Shown in pieces: positions 1 through 9,333 of a stretch of DNA of 64,000 nt. Origin of the DNA: an uncultured Gammaproteobacteria bacterium (GTDB taxonomy: Bacteria; Patescibacteriota; Microgenomatia; UBA1406; HO2-37-13b); assembly GCA_964612595.1 (NCBI GenBank), contig CAZTFB010000001.1:67058-131057 (forward strand), read 5' to 3'. Below the pieces are notes generated by a model. It saw nothing but the letters and a program-made list of their open reading frames with translations, had not been told where the DNA came from and did not search any database. The first letter of the stretch is position 1, and each line of letters starts with the position of its first letter. The translations under genes were made by a program, and so were the position numbers.

Positions 1-1079
1 GGTCGATGACGGTGTTAAGCGCATTTGGATTTCAGTGGATGTTGGAGTTTATGCGCCAACGACTTAAAAATAACCTGCTCCGGCAATTTGTGACATATCT
101 TTTAGTGACGGTTTCGGTTGTTCAGCTACTGCATTATGGCTACAACTATAATCCGATTGGAACAGCAAAAGATTGGTTAAGAATGCCTGCGTTAACACAG
201 AACATTCCGGATGATAAGCGTTTCTACACTATTGGATCAGAGGTGGCCTGGAACAAACATTATGTAAATGCTGGCTGGTCTCATCTTGAACCATATTTAC
301 AGCTGCTTAATTATGCAGAGCCGAACTTTAATGTCCTCTACAAAAAACCTGCTTTTGAGGTGTATCCGATACTTATTTCACTAAGATACCAAGTAATGGC
401 AAACCTTATTGAGAGAGAAATAGTGCTTGATGATAGTTTGTCTTCATTTGAGGTGAGTGATCTCGGTATCAAGCTACTTCGTATGAACAATACCAGCACA
501 ATTGTATCAGCCATGAATAATAATACGTTGGAAATTATTGCAGAAAAAAACAGTTCGTATGATAAAGTATCGCTGTATTCAGTTCCCAACCCGCTACAAA
601 GGGTACGTATGGTGTATGATTTTGATATAGCAACGACTGTCGAAGAGTTTCAAGATAAAGTTGCAGATAATGATTTTGACCCAGCAACAACAATTCTGCT
701 TGAGAATAATCCAACAGACACTTTGCCCTTAGAGCAGACAAAACATGCTCTCTCAACTATCGATGTTGTTGCGCAAGAACCGACAACGCAAACAATCAAA
801 GTGACTACCAATCAGAATGGCATACTGGTCATGTCAGATTTGTATTATCCTGGGTGGTCTGCATATATTAATGCAAGTCCAACTGAAATCTTTCCTGCGA
901 ATGTAGCTCAAAGAGCGATTGTTATACCAAAAGGTGAACATCTCGTAACATTCACCTATCAGCCGAAGAGTTTTAGGCAGGGAGCAATTATTTCTCTCAT
1001 TACGCACGTGGTTGTGTTTATTCTAATTTTTGTTGTGAGTCTTTTAGCAACTCGGTATAGACGCGCGTCCACTCTTTAG
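1..1079 (+). CDS. YfhO-family (GT-C-like) polytopic membrane protein, C-terminal part; 5' end outside window
   Basis: ORF 6..1079 stays open to the window edge. The C-terminal block LYYPGWSAYINASP..IPKGEHLVTFTYQPKSF plus a terminal TM helix is the pattern I associate with YfhO-type proteins. Confidence 0.6.
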   Translation, partial: SMTVLSAFGFQWMLEFMRQRLKNNLLRQFVTYLLVTVSVVQLLHYGYNYNPIGTAKDWLRMPALTQNIPDDKRFYTIGSEVAWNKHYVNAGWSHLEPYLQLLNYAEPNFNVLYKKPAFEVYPILISLRYQVMANLIEREIVLDDSLSSFEVSDLGIKLLRMNNTSTIVSAMNNNTLEIIAEKNSSYDKVSLYSVPNPLQRVRMVYDFDIATTVEEFQDKVADNDFDPATTILLENNPTDTLPLEQTKHALSTIDVVAQEPTTQTIKVTTNQNGILVMSDLYYPGWSAYINASPTEIFPANVAQRAIVIPKGEHLVTFTYQPKSFRQGAIISLITHVVVFILIFVVSLLATRYRRASTL

Positions 1080-3030
1080 CTTTTTCATTATCTTTTTGAC
1101 ATTCTGTATATAGTTTTACGAATAATAGAGCTGTTTCTTTTGCTTTTGGAAACTTCTTATGTGCATCAGATAGCACAGTACGCGCCCGCTCACATTTTTC
1201 CTGCTCAAGCAGAACTAATGCTAGTTTCTGATGTACCTTTACGTCATTATCATCATAACGAAGCGCTGCCAAAAAATGACGTTCTGCTCCAGGAAGATCT
1301 TTTGCAGCAAGGAAATAATTTCCTGTCTCATATCGGTGCATGCGGTATATGAGTAAATTTGTAGCCAGCATTAAATGTTTATACTTACTAAGGCTACCAT
1401 CCATGGGATCGTAATATTTCGCCCATAAATCATCATTTTTCTTGAGCAACTCCTTTATGGGCGGAAGGTTGTTTTTATCATACAATTTATACAGCACACC
1501 TTCACGGATCCATGCTGAACTTGATGAAATTGGATAAGGTTCGTTTGTATATATTGCATGCTTATCACTATTGAGCGCAGTAAACTTTTCTCCAAATCGC
1601 CTATCGTCAGACTTTGGAAATTTTAACTCTGGGTAGTGTACAGCAATATTTTTAAATCGTTTAGATACAACAAGATGTGATCTATTTGCGACAATAAGAT
1701 CGTTTCTGTACCCACTTGCATAACGGATGTAGGCTGCATTAAATATATCATTATCATTCGAAAGCAACACAATACTATCTTTATCTGCTGTATCAAGGAT
1801 ATTCATGGCAAGTTTTTCTGCGGTCATATCAGTGCGTAGAACACTTAATTTAGGGAAGTTTATGAAGAAAAGGTTGATCGGTAGTATCATGCAGAGGGCG
1901 AATACGAGGGGGTAATAGTTGGTTGAAGAAGTTGTAGATGTCTTTACACGAATGTATGCAACAAGGCTCTCAAATGCTCTAAAAAGCGCTACGACGCCCA
2001 TACCAATCCAGATAGCAAATATGACGTAAGATGGCATAAGAAAGCGCTCGAAAGTTGCAATAGTAAAGCTGTTTGTAAGAATATAACCCGCATAAAGAAA
2101 GTAAATGGGTCCGGTACACATATAAGCTATAGTGTGGTAGTAGAAATTGCGTTTATTTCTCATATATTCGTAGATTGCCCCAGCTATTCCCACTGCAAAG
2201 GCAGGAAGAGTTATATCTTCGATTAGTACAACAAAATACGCATACACTCCCATGAGGCGTGCAAAAGGAGATTCAACAACTATAGTAGCAGCTGAGAATG
2301 AGCCATACGATGCGCGTGTTAGTAGTTTAATGAAGTTATTTAGTGTTAAGGTGTCTTGCCATGTGTAGATTGCTTGGCTGTTAATTGATATTGCAAGCCA
2401 AAAAAGTGGCAGCAAAGCAATCACGGTACTAAGGATCAACAATATTACATTGTTTTTTATAAGGTTCTTAACGGGTAATTTGTGGGAATACAGCAAGAAT
2501 AAGTATGAGGGAACCATAAAAAGAATGATATGATGGTGTGAAAGTGACAATATGAATAAGAAAATAAATTCTATTCCTGCCCATCGTGATTTACGCTCAA
2601 GCCATGAATGTAAGGTGAGCATCTGGAAAACTACAAATAATATATGGAGAGCGAATACTTCGGGAACTATAGCATATAGCCAATACAAATAAGATAAGCC
2701 AATAGTACCTACAGCAACAATACCTGCGAGCATACTCTTCGCATAGTTTGAAATGTAGGCGAATAATCCAGTCAAAGCTAATGCGAGAGAAATTGAAGAA
2801 ATTAAACCAATTCGCCAGGCCACCGTTCCAATGGACAGTGTGTGAGAAAGTATATAACCAAGAAAAGTATATAGAGGATACCCAGGTGGGTGTGCAACGC
2901 CACCTGTGTATGCAGCTGTCACAAGATCGCCAGCATCACCTCCGAAAATTGAACTTGATTGTGTGTAAGAAAACAATATTGAAAAAAACGCAAAGATTCC
3001 TAGTGTGACTATGCCTTGCCTAGACTTCAT
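1018..3030 (-). CDS. DUF2723/TMEM260-like GT-C membrane glycosyltransferase with C-terminal TPR-like region
   Basis: 670-aa ORF. N-terminal motif GGDAGDLVTAAYTGGVAHPPGYPLYT (DUF2723 signature), many TM helices, helical-repeat soluble C-terminus. It has a 62-nt convergent 3' overlap with the YfhO-like gene. Confidence 0.7.
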   Translation of the reverse strand: MKSRQGIVTLGIFAFFSILFSYTQSSSIFGGDAGDLVTAAYTGGVAHPPGYPLYTFLGYILSHTLSIGTVAWRIGLISSISLALALTGLFAYISNYAKSMLAGIVAVGTIGLSYLYWLYAIVPEVFALHILFVVFQMLTLHSWLERKSRWAGIEFIFLFILSLSHHHIILFMVPSYLFLLYSHKLPVKNLIKNNVILLILSTVIALLPLFWLAISINSQAIYTWQDTLTLNNFIKLLTRASYGSFSAATIVVESPFARLMGVYAYFVVLIEDITLPAFAVGIAGAIYEYMRNKRNFYYHTIAYMCTGPIYFLYAGYILTNSFTIATFERFLMPSYVIFAIWIGMGVVALFRAFESLVAYIRVKTSTTSSTNYYPLVFALCMILPINLFFINFPKLSVLRTDMTAEKLAMNILDTADKDSIVLLSNDNDIFNAAYIRYASGYRNDLIVANRSHLVVSKRFKNIAVHYPELKFPKSDDRRFGEKFTALNSDKHAIYTNEPYPISSSSAWIREGVLYKLYDKNNLPPIKELLKKNDDLWAKYYDPMDGSLSKYKHLMLATNLLIYRMHRYETGNYFLAAKDLPGAERHFLAALRYDDNDVKVHQKLALVLLEQEKCERARTVLSDAHKKFPKAKETALLFVKLYTECQKDNEKAKEWTRVYTELLKDSQQKLE

Positions 3031-3044
3031 TGCGACATTATAGC

Positions 3045-3076
3045 AAAAAAAACCCTCCGGATATCCGGAGGGTTTT
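3045..3076 (-). terminator. Rho-independent terminator downstream of the major pilin gene
   Basis: Perfect 8-bp GC-rich stem CCCTCCGG/CCGGAGGG with a 4-nt loop (3053..3072). It is followed on the minus strand by T8 (plus-strand A run 3045..3052). Confidence 0.8.
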
Positions 3077-3093
3077 CTTGTAATAATAATTTC

Positions 3094-3633
3094 TTATGAT
3101 TCTATGCAGTCAGCGACCGCAGTGAATGAGAATACTTCGAAAAACTCATTCGCTTCTGCATCGTTTGTGAGTTTGGCAACATTAGCTCTAGACTCCATTC
3201 TTGTGCAGATTCTGTACTGCCCATCGACATCAAGGATAAGCTGATAGGCAGCTTCAGCAGTTTCCTGATTATCAGTGCCCGTGTCTGTTGAGGCAACTAC
3301 TGAGTCTCTATTTGTTGGATCAGTAGGTAGCGTATTTGCGTATCGGCAGAGATCTATGCCTACCCATCCACTTGCACTACAATCGTTGGTACCACCTATG
3401 GATGTTGCTGTGATAGGGGTAAAGTTATTAGGATTATCTGAAAGATACTGCTCAATGATAGACTGCAGTGACGATATATCCTTAATTCTTTGCGTATCGC
3501 GCGCTCTTCTTTGCGCTTCAGCGGGGTTAATAGTAATAAGAGCCACCACAGCTAATATAGCAATAAGTGACACAACGATAAGGATTTCGACTAACGTGAA
3601 GCCCTTTTGTGATTTCATAAGTGGTTTAATCAT
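3094..3633 (-). CDS. Type IV pilin (probable major pilin)
   Basis: N-terminal class III signal KSQKGFTLVEILIVVSLIAILAVVAL (G/FTLxE prepilin cleavage motif plus hydrophobic helix). Has its own promoter and terminator and sits next to pilC/pilT/pilB. Confidence 0.85.
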   Translation of the reverse strand: MIKPLMKSQKGFTLVEILIVVSLIAILAVVALITINPAEAQRRARDTQRIKDISSLQSIIEQYLSDNPNNFTPITATSIGGTNDCSASGWVGIDLCRYANTLPTDPTNRDSVVASTDTGTDNQETAEAAYQLILDVDGQYRICTRMESRANVAKLTNDAEANEFFEVFSFTAVADCIES

Positions 3634-3667
3634 GGTGATTATAAATAATTTTTAACCCCTTTCTATC

Positions 3668-3697
3668 ATCATAGAACATTCCTTTTTACATTGTCAA
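3668..3697 (-). promoter_or_regulatory. Sigma70-like promoter for the pilin gene
   Basis: Minus strand reads TTGACA (3697..3692), an 18-nt spacer, then TATGAT (3673..3668), in the pilC-pilin intergenic gap. Confidence 0.45.
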
Positions 3698-3707
3698 GCC
3701 CTTTTAA

Positions 3708-4907
3708 CTAAAACGATGATGACAAACTGAAAATCGGTGTGATAACCGCAATAACCACAAACATTACGCCTACACCCAGCACGATAAGGATCGCTGGTTC
3801 AATGAGCGTTGTCATAGCCTTTATTGCAATTTCTGACTCACTCTCAAAGTACTTAGCTAAGTGTCCTAATGTTTCGTCAAGATGGCCGGTCTGTTCACCA
3901 ACCGACGTCATTTGCACAAGAATTGGCGGAAATATTTTAGTATCTTCGAGTGCTCCACCTAATGAACCGCCCTGCTCTATTACCTGACGAATGCGACGAA
4001 ATGCATTCTGGTAGATAATATTGCTTGTTGTCTCGGTGATTATATCTAAAGAGTCAAGAATCGAAACACCGGCGCCAATGAGAATTGACAAAGTGCGTGT
4101 TGTATCAACCAAAGCGGCTACTTTTACTACCTTACTTACGACCGGCAAACGGAGCATGAGTTTATCAAACACCAGTCTTCCAGAAGTTGATTTATACGCT
4201 CGCTTAAACAAAAAAACAGCAAAAAAAATACCGAGCAATATCGCATACCAAAAATTCGCAAAAATGTCTGAAATAAAAATGAGAAATACTGTTGGTGCAG
4301 GAAGTTCTACATTAAATTCTTTATATACCTCTAGTAGCTTTGGAATGACGAACGTAAGCATGACAAACATAACACCTCCCATAGCTGTAATAACAATGGC
4401 TGGGTACACCATGGCACCTTTTATTTTGCTTTTAAATGTGCGTTCTTGCTCAAGAGTGTCAGCGAGCTTCACTAGAATCTCATCCAGCTTACCTGAAGCC
4501 TCCCCCGCCTTAACAAGAGCAATATATAGGTTGTTAAACTGCTGAGGATACTTTTTAAGTGCGTTAGAAAAACTTGAACCAGCTTTGACATCTGCATCAA
4601 TTGATTCGATCAGCTTCAAGTATGCAGGTTTTACTGCTTGTCGTTTTAATATATCAAGCGAGTCAATAATGGTTAGGCCTGAGTTTAACATGATAGACAG
4701 CTGTCTTGTCATGTCGACCACATCGGTAAAGGCAACTTTACTAAAAAAAGCAGAAAAAGAGGTTGATATTGGTCGAGTGTGCTCGTGAATATCGAGTATT
4801 ACAAGACCACCAGACCGTAGATAGGCGAGCGCTTTGTCTTGAGATTCAGCCTCAACAGTGCCCGAGGTGGTCTTATTGTCCTTTATGGCCTTATAACTGT
4901 ATTCCAT
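3708..4907 (-). CDS. pilC: Type IV pilus platform protein PilC (GspF family)
   Basis: 399 aa. Duplicated GspF-type domains with three TM segments and synteny with pilB/pilT. Confidence 0.85.
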   Translation of the reverse strand: MEYSYKAIKDNKTTSGTVEAESQDKALAYLRSGGLVILDIHEHTRPISTSFSAFFSKVAFTDVVDMTRQLSIMLNSGLTIIDSLDILKRQAVKPAYLKLIESIDADVKAGSSFSNALKKYPQQFNNLYIALVKAGEASGKLDEILVKLADTLEQERTFKSKIKGAMVYPAIVITAMGGVMFVMLTFVIPKLLEVYKEFNVELPAPTVFLIFISDIFANFWYAILLGIFFAVFLFKRAYKSTSGRLVFDKLMLRLPVVSKVVKVAALVDTTRTLSILIGAGVSILDSLDIITETTSNIIYQNAFRRIRQVIEQGGSLGGALEDTKIFPPILVQMTSVGEQTGHLDETLGHLAKYFESESEIAIKAMTTLIEPAILIVLGVGVMFVVIAVITPIFSLSSSF

Positions 4908-4909
4908 GG

Positions 4910-5962
4910 TTATTTAATAAGTTTCTGCATCTGAACTGGTCGAATTGAATGAAAGAGTGCGGTTTCCTTAGATATCTTTCCTTCGAAATAGAGATTTGCC
5001 AGATACTTTTCGAGAATAATCATGCCCTGATCGGATGACGTCTCAATGATATTGTCAAGGAGATGTGTTTTGTTATCACGAATAACCGAGGAGACTGCCT
5101 GGTTGCCAATCAGAATTTCAATTGCAGGAATACGAGTGCGTTTGTCGATGGTGGGAACAAGCCGTTGTGAAACGACCGCTTTTAATGAGGATGCGAGTTG
5201 AAGGCGCACTTGGCTTTGTTGACGAGGTGGAAATACGTCGACAATACGGTCAATAGTTTGTGGTACTGAATTGGTATGGAGTGTCGAAAATACTAGATGT
5301 CCTGTTTCGGCGATGGTAAGTGCTGCCTGAATTGTATCATAGTCACGCATCTCGCCGATGACAACTATATCCGGATCTTCGCGAAGCGCAGATTTTAGCG
5401 CGACCGTCCACGAGTGTGTGTCTTGACCAATTTCTCTCTGTGAAATAATTGATTTTGCTTGAGGGTAAAGGTATTCAATCGGATCTTCAATGGTTAGAAT
5501 ATGCTTTGAGTAACGCATGTTAATTTCATTAATGATAGCGGCGATTGTGGTAGACTTACCTTCTCCAGTCGGTCCCGTCACAAGAATAAATCCCTGTTTC
5601 ATCTCGGTAAAGTTATATAAAATCGGCGGCAGTCCAAGTGCTTCAAGTGGACTGATTTTAGTGGGGATCAGTCGAAAAGATCCAGCGAGCATACCGCGAA
5701 TGTAGTAAAGGTTTACTCTAAAGCGGTGATTCTCAAAGTTATAGCCGAGGTCGACTTCTTTGTTGGTGACAAGTTGCTCCTTCTTTTCCTCAGTTAGTAT
5801 CTTAAAGAGCATGTCTTGGGTCATCGTACCATCAAGAATCGGATATGCTTTTAATGCATAAAGCTCGCCATTGACGCGCAATGACGGATTGTAGCCAGGA
5901 ATGACATGTAAATCAGAAGCACCTTTTTCAACAGTAAGTTTAAATAGTTCTTCAATCGTCAT
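4910..5962 (-). CDS. pilT: Twitching-motility retraction ATPase PilT
   Basis: 350 aa. Walker A GPTGEGKST, Asp box, Walker B DIVVIGEMRD, His box TGHLVFSTLHTN, and PilT-size with no long N-terminal domain. Confidence 0.85.
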   Translation of the reverse strand: MTIEELFKLTVEKGASDLHVIPGYNPSLRVNGELYALKAYPILDGTMTQDMLFKILTEEKKEQLVTNKEVDLGYNFENHRFRVNLYYIRGMLAGSFRLIPTKISPLEALGLPPILYNFTEMKQGFILVTGPTGEGKSTTIAAIINEINMRYSKHILTIEDPIEYLYPQAKSIISQREIGQDTHSWTVALKSALREDPDIVVIGEMRDYDTIQAALTIAETGHLVFSTLHTNSVPQTIDRIVDVFPPRQQSQVRLQLASSLKAVVSQRLVPTIDKRTRIPAIEILIGNQAVSSVIRDNKTHLLDNIIETSSDQGMIILEKYLANLYFEGKISKETALFHSIRPVQMQKLIK

Positions 5963-5965
5963 ACG

Positions 5966-7681
5966 TCATGATTGTGCGACACGTAGCACCTCTTCGATAG
6001 TTGTGATGCCATCAAGTGCTTTTAAATAACCATCTTGTTTCATCGTAATGAGGCCTTCCTTTATGGCCTGATCCTGAATTTCGTTTGCAGTCGAATTTCG
6101 CACAATAAGCTTCTCAACCTCTCTCGAAATTTTTATAACCTCAAAAATTCCGACGCGGCCATAGTATCCCTCATTTGGATTTGTTGCGTCGGGCTTTTTA
6201 TACAGTTTAATACTTTGCGGGTCATCTTTATATTGCTGTGGAAGTAGATCGCCTAGAACTTCTTGGATATTCTCAATTATTGCCTGATCTGGTGTGTATG
6301 GTATTTTATGATCCTCGCTAATACGGCGTGCGATACGTTGTGCGACTATGGCGTTTAATACGGATGAGATAAGGAATGGTTCCCCCCCTAAATCAATAAG
6401 TCGTGGAATTGCGGTAGCCGCATCATTTGTATGAAGCGTTGAAAAAACTAAATGTCCCGTTAGAGCTGCCTGAAGAGCAAGTTGGGTTGTTTCAGTATCA
6501 CGAATTTCTCCGACAAGAATAATATTTGGATCCTGACGCAAGAAAGATCGGAGACCAGTTGCAAATGTAAGTCCGGCCTGGGGGTTAATTTGTACTTGAT
6601 TGACACCTGCCAATTGATATTCAACAGGATCTTCGAGTGTTACGATATTAACCGATGGCTTATTGAGTCGATTCAGCATCGAATAGAGACTTGTCGATTT
6701 TCCCGAACCTGTTGGTCCAGTCACTAAAATTATGCCATAAGGCTTGGTCATTGCCTCCTCAAGAATTTTGAGCTGTGGTCCACGAAGTCCTAGATCACCA
6801 ACAGTAGGAATGCCGCCCGTTTTTTTCAAAAGTCGCATAACGACTTTCTCTCCATGAACGGTTGGGAGTGTAGATACACGCAAGTCAACTTCATCCTCGC
6901 CCATCCTAAAATTAAAGCGCCCATCCTGTGGAGCTCTCTTCTCATCAATTTTTAATCCTGAAATAATCTTTATGCGTGAAATAAGCGAATCATTGATTGA
7001 TTTTGGTAAAGAGAGTTTTTCTTGGAGCATACCATCAATGCGATAGCGAACTCTTGTTCTTTCTTCCTGAGGTTCGATGTGGATATCTGAGGCGCGTCCT
7101 TTCACCGCGTATTCGAGTATAGTTTTGACTATCTTTGCGATTGGCGCTTCTTTAATAAAATCGCCAATTTGCTCTGATTTCACGGTGTTTACTGCTGTTG
7201 GTGAGAACTCTTTTAATGCCTCTGTAATATTTGGGGAAAGACTTTGTGTATAGACGACATCAATCGTTTTTTCTATGTCTTCTTTCAGCGCGAGAGTTGG
7301 AATAATACGCATGCCGGTTTTTTTTTGAAGAAAACCTATTGTTTGTACATCAAACGGATCTGACATGGCTACTTTAAGTGTGCCCTCTTTTTCGTTAAGT
7401 TCAAAAGGTATAAGAAAATATTTTCTTGCCAGCGATTCTGATACTAAAGCCAGAGCCTGAGGTGCAACAGGCATAGATTCTCCAGTTACCCACGGAATAT
7501 TTAAAACTGTTGCTTTAGCTTTAATAATTTCTACCTGTGAAATACCTGCATTTTGTACGAGATACTCATCAATAGGAATATTTTTTTGCAGCGAATCAAC
7601 CTCGCTTTTTTGAGCTTGCTCAGCAGAGATAACTTTATTGGCAATCAATACTTCTAGAAATTGCTTTGTTGGGACTGTCAT
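5966..7681 (-). CDS. pilB: Type IV pilus assembly ATPase PilB (GspE family)
   Basis: 571 aa. N-terminal T2SSE_N-like domain, Walker A GPTGSGKST, NIILVGEIRD, TGHLVFSTLHTN. Confidence 0.9.
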   Translation of the reverse strand: MTVPTKQFLEVLIANKVISAEQAQKSEVDSLQKNIPIDEYLVQNAGISQVEIIKAKATVLNIPWVTGESMPVAPQALALVSESLARKYFLIPFELNEKEGTLKVAMSDPFDVQTIGFLQKKTGMRIIPTLALKEDIEKTIDVVYTQSLSPNITEALKEFSPTAVNTVKSEQIGDFIKEAPIAKIVKTILEYAVKGRASDIHIEPQEERTRVRYRIDGMLQEKLSLPKSINDSLISRIKIISGLKIDEKRAPQDGRFNFRMGEDEVDLRVSTLPTVHGEKVVMRLLKKTGGIPTVGDLGLRGPQLKILEEAMTKPYGIILVTGPTGSGKSTSLYSMLNRLNKPSVNIVTLEDPVEYQLAGVNQVQINPQAGLTFATGLRSFLRQDPNIILVGEIRDTETTQLALQAALTGHLVFSTLHTNDAATAIPRLIDLGGEPFLISSVLNAIVAQRIARRISEDHKIPYTPDQAIIENIQEVLGDLLPQQYKDDPQSIKLYKKPDATNPNEGYYGRVGIFEVIKISREVEKLIVRNSTANEIQDQAIKEGLITMKQDGYLKALDGITTIEEVLRVAQS

Positions 7682-7689
7682 ACAGTTTC

Positions 7690-7714
7690 ACTATAAGTAA
7701 TCGTGGTGTAAAAT
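7690..7714. promoter_or_regulatory. Divergent -10 boxes in the 42-nt pilB/holB-like intergenic region
   Basis: Minus strand has TATAGT (7695..7690), 8 nt before the pilB ATG. Plus strand has TAAAAT (7709..7714), 9 nt before the ATG at 7724. Neither gene has a Shine-Dalgarno sequence. Confidence 0.35.
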
Positions 7715-7723
7715 TCAATCCAT

Positions 7724-8395
7724 ATGCTCCCCGTTTTGCTTATTGGAGATAATACTGATCGAATAAATTCGCATATCGCAACACTTCTCGAAAAGGAGCA
7801 GATTTTGGATGTTTTTTACTATGGTGAGAAAGACTCAATAGTAATTGATACTATTCGAGACATTAACCGCTCCACCCAACAACCTGCGTTTAGAAAACGC
7901 GCATTTATTTTGTTTGATTTTCATAACGTAAAAAAGGAAGCGCAAAACGCACTTCTTAAAACGCTCGAAGAGCGGAACGAAGAGAATTTATTTATTATAA
8001 TAGCGCATGACGAGTACAAAATCCTATCTACAATACTCTCTCGATGTCGTATTGATCGTCTCATTGAGAATAAGGATGAAAACTATGCGCTTTTAGAATC
8101 ATTGTCGTTGTTTGATGACATATCTTCTCATAAGGTACTTCAAACAACACAGATGCTAGGAAAGGGAGATCATGCTGAAGTCATACATCAGCTTCGAACA
8201 TACTTCTATACATGCGTCCACAATGTAACTATTGATGCGCGAAAAAGAGTAGAAATGTATGCACTTCTTGAGCTTATTTATGAAGTAGAACATCAACTCA
8301 AAAATAATATATATCCTGAGTTTTCACTTGATTACCTTTTGTTGCGCATAAAACAATCCAATATACTACCCTTGCCTAAGGTTGACGACTTATGA
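7724..8395 (+). CDS. holB: DNA polymerase III delta-prime-like clamp-loader subunit
   Basis: Contains AQNALLKTLEE and ILSTILSRCRI, the sensor/SRC motifs of the delta-prime/gamma family. No Walker A, as in delta-prime. Confidence 0.65.
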   Translation: MLPVLLIGDNTDRINSHIATLLEKEQILDVFYYGEKDSIVIDTIRDINRSTQQPAFRKRAFILFDFHNVKKEAQNALLKTLEERNEENLFIIIAHDEYKILSTILSRCRIDRLIENKDENYALLESLSLFDDISSHKVLQTTQMLGKGDHAEVIHQLRTYFYTCVHNVTIDARKRVEMYALLELIYEVEHQLKNNIYPEFSLDYLLLRIKQSNILPLPKVDDL

Positions 8396-8417
8396 AGAAA
8401 CGTGCTATGCTCTATAT

Positions 8418-8867
8418 ATGAAAGGCTTTTCGCTTATTGAGATTCTTCTTGTAATAGCGATACTTGCAGTAATTAGTACAATTGGTGCTGTCTCATTCTC
8501 AAGCATTCGCAACAAATCGGAAGATGCTAAACGTAAAACGGATGTTGGAGAAATTCGTTCGGCGCTTGAGCAGTACAAGAGTATTAATAATAGATATCCA
8601 ACACCCAATATAACGATAACAATGGGTCTTGAATTTGGTACCGCAGGTTTGCTTGATGCAAGTCACACCTACATGAGTAAAATTCCCCAAGATCCTGATT
8701 TCCCTGTTAAAACATACTATTATGAGAGTACAGATGGATCTGATTATATTCTCCGCAGTGAATTGAATAATCCCGAGCCTACCCCATGCAATCTAACGCC
8801 AACACCAGATTTGTGCGGTTCTGCACATAATTGTAATTATTGCTTCAGTTCATATGGTCAACGATAA
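8418..8867 (+). CDS. Type IV pilin-like protein (minor pilin/pseudopilin 1)
   Basis: Internal Met gives MKGFSLIEILLVIAILAVISTIG, a prepilin-type N-terminus. The tracked ORF 8382..8867 has 12 extra N-terminal codons. Confidence 0.75.
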   Translation: MKGFSLIEILLVIAILAVISTIGAVSFSSIRNKSEDAKRKTDVGEIRSALEQYKSINNRYPTPNITITMGLEFGTAGLLDASHTYMSKIPQDPDFPVKTYYYESTDGSDYILRSELNNPEPTPCNLTPTPDLCGSAHNCNYCFSSYGQR

Positions 8868-9330
8868 GCAGCGTGGATTTACTCTTCTTGAACTCATGAT
8901 AGTACTTGCTATTACTGCAATGCTAAGCGTGGGTGCGTTGTCTTCGTATAGAAATTTTGATCAATCAAAGAAACTTGAGGCAGATACAGAAGAGTTTATT
9001 GAGAGTATTGAACTTGCTAAGAAGCTTGTAACGTCGGGAGAAAGACCGTGTGTTAATTTTACGGGGCAGTATGTGTTGACGTGGGGAACACATCAATTTA
9101 CCGTCCAACCACAGGGATGTTCTATTGTGCAAGAGCGCGAGCTAAGAGGAAACGAATTTGCTACGACGGCTTCTTCAGTTCTTTTTTATCCGCTTGGGAG
9201 AGGAACATCGTTATCGACAGATGCATGCATACTTATACGCAATGTTTATCATAATCAGTGCAATAAAATTACTATTGAAACATCTGGTACAGCTACATAT
9301 GAGGCTAATCCAGCATGCAGTTGTAACTAA
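8854..9330 (+). CDS. Pseudopilin 2 (GspH/FimT-like)
   Basis: N-terminus QRGFTLLELMIVLAITAML. Overlaps the upstream pilin gene by 14 nt. Confidence 0.75.
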   Translation: MVNDKQRGFTLLELMIVLAITAMLSVGALSSYRNFDQSKKLEADTEEFIESIELAKKLVTSGERPCVNFTGQYVLTWGTHQFTVQPQGCSIVQERELRGNEFATTASSVLFYPLGRGTSLSTDACILIRNVYHNQCNKITIETSGTATYEANPACSCN

Positions 9331-9333
9331 GAT

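Noticed and set aside
3275-3655. 126-aa plus-strand ORF
   Set aside because: It lies entirely antisense within the well-supported pilin gene. It is a shadow ORF with no motifs. The same applies to ORFs 3102..3296, 3739..3987, 4021..4545, 4585..4788, 5517..5705, 6035..6247 and 6482..6727 inside the pilin and pilC/pilT/pilB genes.
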